From the NCBI GenBank assembly GCA_000934665.2, contig JYFJ02003242.1, forward strand, positions 1 to 44,846: a DNA stretch of 44,846 bases. The letters are read 5' to 3'. This DNA comes from Catajapyx aquilonaris (taxonomy: Eukaryota). The number at the start of each line of letters is the position of its first letter. The first letter of the stretch is position 1. The notes below the pieces were generated by a model. It was not told where the DNA came from, did no database searches, and was given only the letters and a program-made list of their open reading frames with translations. This document shows positions 36,961 through 44,846 of the stretch, in pieces. Made by a program: the position numbers and the translations under genes.

Positions 36961-39544
36961 TTTGAAACGTCGGGTAGTCCGAGTCGGTTTTGCATATTAT
37001 AACTGCTTGCTACCTTCTGAATTGCACCGTTGATATAAGTACATTTCAGGGCCGAAAAATCATTGCCATTATCCTAAAAAGTTAATTTTCTAACAGGCAA
37101 TTCAGACCAATCAATAGCCCTTCTATTTTTTGGGACATCGGTTTTGGACATTTTGTGACAATAATGCATCTATGCCTTCTCTGCAAATGGATCCATACAA
37201 AATTATATCCTTCAGACTGTCCCGGGAAATGTTCTTGAACCACATAGAAACATTGTTTTCAATGCTGGAAGTGTATGCGGCTGTCCTACCAACGTACATT
37301 GCAAAAAGCAGGTTAGGGCCATGTGGAAGACACAACCTATCGCAAAAAAACACACACACATTTCTTTTTACTATACAGGACAGCTGTACTGACAAGGGAG
37401 AATGCAATGTTGCGAAATAATATCAGAAATATTTTGCTTATTGAAACAGTACGGAAGGAATCGTAATCAATTAAGTTCACAATAAAATATAATAAATAGA
37501 TCATGTTGCTGTATGTCAATAACTTTTTTTTTGTATATAGAAATTCCGTGGCAAGCATGGGCTGGTCTGGGTGCCAGAAAGGAAGACATGAGGGAGAAGG
37601 TGGCCCATTCTTGCTGCCTGCAAGTTGTTTGCATTATCAGGAGGCCTTCATGCACAAAGGAACCAGGTGCCATTTCTTTACTTGTGCCTGGTTCCTTTGT
37701 GCATAAAGGCCTTTTCATGTGTACCGGTACAATGGTTTTTTTTTGTTTTGTTCATGTTGATATCATCACCCATCATTATATTATATTATAATATTATTAT
37801 CCTATGCATGTTCCTGTCCAGACACCAAAGGATTCACATGTATCTGTCATGGCTAGGAGTTGCACTCACCTGGTTATTGCAGACTACCACACTATGGGAC
37901 ATAGTCGTGATGTAATGAATGAACGGCTGGTTCTTAAAAACCATTTTCATTAAAAATACTGTATCCCTGAGCTGCCAATTGTCAATTTAAGGCTTAGTAA
38001 TATGTTATGAGCATTTAAGGCTGATCTCGAACCATTATTTTAAATATTTTTCATGGGCCACAAATCTTCTCTTCACATCACAGCTTGTCCCAATTTGGAT
38101 GCCAGCCATAACAGAACAGCAAAAATGCACTGCTTCCTTGTTACCTCATAATATGACCTTACGTTAAATCTGGAACAATGGTCAGATACTTGCAGAACAA
38201 AGGGAGGGGGAAGGGTAAACAAATGTAGTAGAAAATACCAGAATTGGCCGGGCTGAGTTGTTGACATGGCTTCGCCACAATGCAGTTTATGAACAACAGC
38301 AGGAAAATCACATCATCACTAACGTAAGTTGTTGTCTAATCATTGTCCCATGGTCAATTACTACTCTACACTTCTAAAATGAGCAGCCAGCACTGAGCCA
38401 CTGGTTTTTTCTCATCCACGAGTTCTTCTTGCCCATGTTTGACTGTGGCTCATGAAAGTCTTAGACAGCACTGTGGAAACTTGACATAGTCTCAAGATTG
38501 ATTGACAGAATAGGAAGGAGCTATCTGGCTATCAGAAGATACAAAGGTGGGACAGATGGCGAGGGAGGCAGGCGAGACTGGGCCTGGGTGATCCTGCCAG
38601 TAGACGAAGTACACAAAATTTTTGCACAAAAATTCCCACAAACACCTAATAATGTATTATTTTGCTCATGTCCTTCCACATGTTCATTTCACAATGGTTC
38701 TGAAATTACTTCATTGCTCTACACAGGTTTACAGAATTAAAACACACACTAGGTCACAAGTTATGTCAGTTTCCACAACTCATTTTATTATTGATGGTCA
38801 TTTCCAAATAATATACACTTGACACAAAGTTCTCAATGTCTCAAGCAAGTCACTATAAAATAACACATTATCTTAACTTCAATTATACCTTTCAATTTCT
38901 GGTAACATCAGTTAACATGACAAGGAGGGGACCCTGCTAGTGGTTTACAGACCAGTTTGTTGAAAAGCATTACTTTAATTTCTTAATTTAGGATGTCTTA
39001 TCTTCAACAATAATAATCAAACAGTAACACTGATTGCATGGACAGTTTACTGAACATTGTGCATCACCAGCTCAGGTTGATCAAACCCGTGAAGCACTAT
39101 TCTTGGAAACTACCATTCCTCCCTCCACTTAAGGCCAGTCTGGACAATGGAAGTATCATGGTTAATGCATCGAAAATGTGATCAGTGAACAAGTTACCCC
39201 CTCGGTAGGTTACCTCCACTATCCAGATTACAGCCTTAAAGAATACTTCTTATAACTTATCCCCCTAAAGCCCTCCTTGAAATTAGATTTTGCATCAAGA
39301 GGAGGGGGGCTGAATGGCCGTCTGATTTAACTGCTTACTAGAATGCATGGATGCATAAATTATTTGATTCCATAATGGTGCTTATATAACTTCAACAGGG
39401 ACTCCTCACTGGCCAAATTCTTCCAAGTAACACTATGTTACCTGCTGCCTTTCTTATACAATAACAATGTTCCTCTACAATTTATCTTATGAACGTGGAA
39501 AACACAACACTGGCAACAACAATATAAAACCTTAATTAATCAGG

Positions 39545-42500
39545 TCAGCAAAAGATCTTCATCTTCTCCTTGTTCACCCACATCTGAAAAAGACATTCAG
39601 GTTGTAAACAACATCCCTACTAACTGTAAGTTCAACTAAATGACACTCAAAATTAAAAATTGGGTACTTTTCAGTTTACAGATTTCTTAGAGTGAACAGA
39701 CACGCCCCCACGGGCGAACCAATGGGGTCGCCTGAATGACCGTGCGTCACAGTAAGGTTGCCAGGTGAAATGCATAAATGTAATTGACGGTGTATTTTAA
39801 AAAGGAATTCGACCGATATCAATTATTTGGTTCTGACATAATTTATGAACACTAAAGCATTATTTAGAATAGCGTAATAGAAAAATTAAAATCAGCAAAA
39901 GTCCTTCGATATGGCCACATGGGGACTACTTTCAAGGCGAGAGACAAAAGAGCATCGGGATCCGTGTCAGCGTAAGTTCGAACTTTCGAAGCATCGTTCG
40001 AATCTCTCGTTCCACCATGTCTCGTCTGCCACCTGCGCTGCCTTCCAACCCGCCTTATGTGTCTGTCATGGTGTACCTGACATGCCGGTCCAAGTGGGAC
40101 CCAGACAAACACTTCTGACTTCGGTCACGCAGCAGCCGCATACTTTTGCAGTAGGTTGGAATAATTACGCTAATAAACATTTTATAACGTGTTTCACGCC
40201 CTTCTCGCTCTCGTTTTGTCGTCATGTCTTGCCCGCGACCTATGCTACTCCATCCCAACAATCCCATCATCGAGCAATAAATTAAAATCAATCATGTATA
40301 ACGACTTATCAGGAGAAATCCGGGCACTTCTTTCCGGCGCGCATAAGCACCATCGGAATAAGGTTTCCCGCCCTGCCGCAGGGATACATGTTGTCATGGT
40401 GCCAAAGTGGTGGGGGGGAGAAGTTGGGGAGGAGGGAGGAGAGAAGTTTGTTTGGGGGCGGGGCCATGGGCCCAGCAGTTCACTCCAAGGAATCCGTTGC
40501 CTTTATCACGCAGTATGGTTATACTTTAAACAGTTGATATTATGGAGGTCATTTTGTAAGCCTGGCTAGTATGTGCTTGCCCTAACTTCCTAAATACAAT
40601 ACTTGCCTCCATTTCATAGAGGTGAATCCAAGGCAGTTTTAGTTGTACATCTCCTTCCTGAAATAACATAGAAAATATTATAATTAGTTCTCTGTAATTA
40701 TTTTTAATTCAAAATTTAAAAAGCGAATCCTACCAGGACAAGCTGTAGTCCCATCTTCTTCTCAGCACTGGTTCGAGGTCTCTTAGGTACTTGTGGAGTG
40801 ATGGGTTGTTCATTCCCTTTCCTCTTCTTCCCTTTTGGAGCACCTGATTCTGCCTTGGCCTTAATTTCATCTGTAAGTGGAGTTCCAAACAGCTTGACCT
40901 TCAGGATGTTTCTGGCTTTCGATTTGGCTGGAGATTTAGTTGCTACACTCCTGTCAAAATAATGTAATTGCTTTAGTTTACTTCTCTTTACAATAAGAGC
41001 TCCCTCCTCATAATATAACCTGGTTAGTGGACTAGAAGTTGAAGGTGGGACTTCAGTTTCCTCCTCTGAGTCACTCAGGGTAACCTCGACAGGTTTCTTC
41101 TGTCCTGCACGTGACCTGTTCAGTAGGAGGTCATTTTAAAATTATGATCTAAGTCAGCTACAATAGTTTGCAAAATCACTTTAAGAATGGTATGAAGAGG
41201 GGAGTGGGAGAAAGGACAGTCCGCTGATAGGTTTGGTTAAGCAGATGACCACAGGGCAACTTTGCCCAACATCGAAAGGGTAACCAGGTAGAGTTTTAAG
41301 ATGTTTGCTATATCTGGGACAAAAACTGGTCAGGTTAGGGGGAATGGTTTGTTTTGAAGGAGAAAATTAATGAGCAAGGAAACATTCTCAATCTATTTCA
41401 TTTGGCAGCAGTCTTCAATTGGTATTCCACAGAGGGTTCCATGAAGGTACTTGGGGTGAAAAACTCAGCAAATTTTAGCAAGTGATATTCAACTAAACAT
41501 AAAAGAAATTAGAACCTTATTTATTTAAAAATTGCAATGGAACCCGTTCTTCGCACGGCCTGTTTCTATGGTAATCACCAACAAAATTCTGTTGCCACGG
41601 GCAAATAAAAATTCTTATTTTTTGCCTTACATACGTAGATTATCAAAATATGTTAATTATTTATTTATTAATAGCAGCAAACCTGTGTGTAGTGTCTCGT
41701 ACATATGTTGCACTTGGTGTCAGTCAACGTACACAGAAGTGATCGAAAGTGGAGGGATAATTGGACAGAGTTATGCAATAATGGCTCAACCCACAAAAAT
41801 GTCAAAATTGAGTTATGCCCAGGAACGTAAACCCAAAGGATAGTACCCGTATTCAGTTAAAATCAAGGTGGCGAAATCTCCATACTTCTGCCACAAGTGA
41901 CCGAAAAGTTAACTGATGAATGGTGTGCATGGACGGTGTTATGCAATAATTTGTCAACCCACGAAAATGTTTACCTTTCCACAGTCTGTTAAACCAGTGG
42001 TTCCCAACCAGGGGGGGCGTGAGGCCATGAGAAATACGTAAAGTAATGTAACATGTTTCCACATGGCGCTGCTGGAAATATGAAGGGACCGACGTTTCTT
42101 CTTGCTTGTATCCGATGTGCTTACAGTGTAGGAAGATTCCACTGTACTTTGGCAGCTACATTCACCTAAACTTTGTGACCTTGAACCCCCAAAAAATTTC
42201 CTCTGTTGTTGCCCCTATTTCAACAGGTTCAGTTATAAAATTTTCTTTCAAGTAACACTTGCTGAAATTTATTGGGGGAGGGGGGGGGGNGGGGCGTGAG
42301 TGTTTGGTGAAAACGAAAAGGGGGCGTCGTGGCGAAAAGGTTGGGAACCACTGTGTTAAACCAATGAACACCATGACATCACGATTTTCCCACTTCCACC
42401 TGGCTCTCTCCTCCAATCATGTCCACGACTACGACTTACTCTGCAGACATAGGGTACTACTGCACATACTCAGAAAACACGGCTGGTGTTACATCATGTC

Positions 42501-44024
42501 GTTCTTTGGATTAACAAACGTCAGCAATCCTCATGGCATTTAAATTTGCCACCTCCTTCATTAAGGTGGCGCAGTATAGTAAAAATGTGGTAGGTGCATG
42601 TCGCCGCCAAGGGTCTGCATTATTACCGTATTATTTTGGTACTGCGCTGCCTTAAGACCCAGCACTTGTCTGATCGGTTCGCTTGGCAGGGGTAAGACGA
42701 CGCTTTTTGTTGTGCTCTCCCAGCAACCGATTGTTTACGACCTGCAGCAAACATGTGGAGCCCACCCCACTACAGCCTCCAAATCTCACCGCGTCGTTAG
42801 GTGAAGATAAACGATAGACATTCCTCTGGAGTTGACAGTCCAAAATTTATGATAAAAAAACTTACCTGGTTTCCCGTTGAGGCTGCCTTCGAACTGGAAT
42901 GTTTGTAGATACACTGGGCTTGGCATGAGATGAAGTTGATACTTTTGACTTTCCCTTGTTCTTGATGTTTTCCTTACTGTGTAAACGTACAAAATTAGTT
43001 GACCATGACAATTGCTTTAGAACAATAGGGCAATACCTTGATGACTTCTTAGGTGGCGCTTGCTTCTTTTTACTCTGGGAATTGGCCACTGCCTTTGATT
43101 TCTTGATGCTATTTCAAACAATACATAAAATAAGTCACCATGATAATAATTAAATAAAACCAACTGATCATACTGAGTATGTTTGTGAGAAGAGCTGGGG
43201 GTTCCTCCCTTTGCGCTTGAGCTGTCACTAAGCTGAACCCTGCTAGACTTGCTGACACCCGCTGTGCTCTTTGCCTGTGGCCTGTTTAAGAAATAATTTG
43301 ACATTAGGACAGTGGTGTCATATTGCCGCAGCTCTTATCCTAATGGCCAGCAAGAATAAAATTACGTGCTGTTTAGCAAAGGGGCCCCATCCAATATGCA
43401 CTGAAGGAACTTGGTAACAAAACCAACTTTTACAAGGGTTTGGCAGCGTATCAATAAATCAAATTTTTTCGCATTACCTGGTTGTTGTAACTGCATGTGA
43501 GTCATCCTCTGCCTCAGTGTATTCTGCCTCGCTGAAGTTGTCCTCAGCCAGCCCTCCATCCTCTTTGCATTCCATACTAATGCGATTAATTTTAATTATC
43601 CGGTAGCCGAGGAGGTTCACCAGACGACTAGCAAACACTTGAGGTTCCTGAGAGTCTTCCATGGCTTTCAATGTGGACTGTAAGTGTGAGCTAATTTTGA
43701 CCACCTGTTCCCTTAGCTTCTGTTTGATATCCATCTCCTTCTTGCCGAGTCTTTGCTTTTGTCCTGCACTTCTCTTTCCAATACTGGCATTAACTGCCTC
43801 ACCTGCACGTGTTTCTGTGGTGCAATTCTTAGGACCTCCAGGTTCAGCTCTTTCCATGACAGAGCATGGCAAAAATGTCATTGGAATCAGATTTGACCCT
43901 GGTAACAGGGATGAATCCAAAGCAGAACTAGCATCACCAATGTTCTCACTGCATGAAGTAATGTTACTAGAAATTCGGGTTGGTGAAGGGGTTCCACTGC
44001 TCATTCCATTTGACATTTCATCTC
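39545..44024 (-). CDS. Uncharacterised Lys/Ser-rich disordered protein (5' end unresolved); exons 44024-43478, 43281-43174, 43108-43037, 42976-42866, 41115-41020, 40950-40734, 40657-40607 (GC donor), 39583-39545
   Basis: Chain of phase-compatible exons with good splice signals giving an open frame (e.g. SQSKKKQAPPKKSS, KKPVEVTLSDSEEETE, PKGKKRKG...PKRPR NLS-like). CpG-depleted gene body; minus-strand AATAAA near 38785. The last two exons are less certain. Confidence 0.7.
41530..41980 (-). mobile_element. Decayed Helitron 3' end related to the one at 1415-1444
   Basis: Minus strand reads GGCCGTGCGAAGAACGGGTTCCATTGCAATT (hairpin conserved, CTAG decayed). Internal direct repeat GTTATGCAATAAT..TCAACCCAC.AAAATGT at 41770 and 41938 (168-bp spacing). 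Confidence 0.5.
41995..42353. mobile_element. hAT (Charlie-like) MITE
   Basis: TIR CAGTGGTTCCCAACC/GGTTGGGAACCACTG; exact 8-bp TSD TGTTAAAC (41987-41994, 42354-42361). Confidence 0.9.
42565..42651. mobile_element. Mini Kolobok-like element (TTAA TSD)
   Basis: TTAA|GGTGGCGCAGTA ... TACTGCGCTGCC|TTAA (10/12 TIR match). Confidence 0.5.
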
Positions 44025-44449
44025 CTGAAAAATGAAGGCCAATAATATTATTCTTCAGCTCTAATATAAATAACAATTTCTCAGAAGAGAACTTTCTAAA
44101 GATGACAGTTTCAGGGCAAATGTAATGATTCTTCATGGTGTTGTAGTAAGTCTGCAAAATCCTAGCTCACCATGGGGAAAAGAGGAGCAGCTTGGCAAAA
44201 ATTGCCATATTCATAAATACCATTTTTTGTCACACCCAAGCATGTCTGAAAACACAATGACATATGCCTGTTTTGGCTCCTGCATTTAGTACACACACAG
44301 ACACACACCTACAAACCCAAAAGATACAATTAAAGGAGTACCGCTTCCTTGGTACATTCAAATGTCATGTATGTAAGCCATACCCTCATGAGACCCAAGA
44401 AGCCATTGCTGCAATTTTTTAGTAATAGGCCTACTGGTGAAGAACCCAC

Positions 44450-44708
44450 GGGGTGACATGGTGGCGAAGTGGTTAGCGCCACAGCCTTCCACCTCTAAGG
44501 TCCCGAGTTCGATCCCCGGGTCGCGCAGAGGATACTTATGTGGATAGAGTTTCGATGGGTTCTCTCTGTGTTCGCATGGGTTTTCTCGGGGTTCTCCCGT
44601 TTCCTCCCGCAATCAAAATCCATCACACGCAGGCAATGATTAAAGTCGGTTCGAGAAAATATGATCCCCTTAGAGGCCCAAGGCCTATCACGGGGTATCC
44701 ATTATATT
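44450..44708 (+). mobile_element. tRNA-derived SINE with V-domain-like core (copy 2, intact Pol III boxes)
   Basis: A box TGGCGAAGTGG (44462-44472), B box GAGTTCGATCC (44505-44515), then GTTCTCTCTGTGTTCGCATGGGTTTTCTCGGGTTCTCCCGTTTCCTCCCGC resembling the V-SINE core. Second copy at 3052-3297. Confidence 0.85.
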
Positions 44709-44846
44709 ACTGGTAAAGAACCCTCTGTAAGGGAGTCACTCTTAATAATTTCATTTTTTTTTGCAGTCACTTTTTGCAAAGTTAGATGTCTAATATATTG
44801 GAAATCCAGTCTTAGACATTCCGTCTCTACATTTTTCAATGAATTT

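Noticed and set aside
37123..37420. Possible Harbinger (FRLSREMF) or reverse-transcriptase (LLFAMY..DIILYG) fragment
   Set aside because: Two mutually exclusive weak resemblances on opposite strands; not supportable without a profile search.
44171..44245. Upstream 75-nt exon of the unknown gene
   Set aside because: Good splice signals, but its only open frame ends in phase 0 while the next exon needs phase 1; left unresolved (possibly UTR).
44450..44525. tRNA gene
   Set aside because: A/B boxes are present, but there is no convincing cloverleaf or terminator and the sequence continues into a repeated SINE body.

Overview
Eukaryotic (invertebrate, probably arthropod) genomic DNA with spliced genes. 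The left part (1-~11 kb) is a patchwork of non-autonomous transposons: a Helitron carrying a ~165-bp tandem array, Kolobok-type TTAA elements, nested hATs, Tc1/mariner MITEs and a tRNA-derived V-type SINE. A CpG-rich, TATA/Inr-driven gene for an orphan secreted Pro-rich pro-protein follows (12.3-20.1 kb, +). Next is a compact, CpG-depleted housekeeping cluster: FPGT (-), head-to-head with TM2D3/almondex (+), tail-to-tail with a FASTK-family RAP-domain mitochondrial protein gene (-), directly downstream of VPS45 (-). The 3' part of an unknown basic, disordered-protein gene (-) closes the window. All exon chains were assembled by hand from splice signals and checked for phase; none is transcript-verified. 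The most intriguing observation is that the FASTK-like gene has no visible promoter of its own and starts ~330 bp behind the likely VPS45 poly(A) signal, suggesting a dicistronic or operon-like VPS45-FASTK unit.
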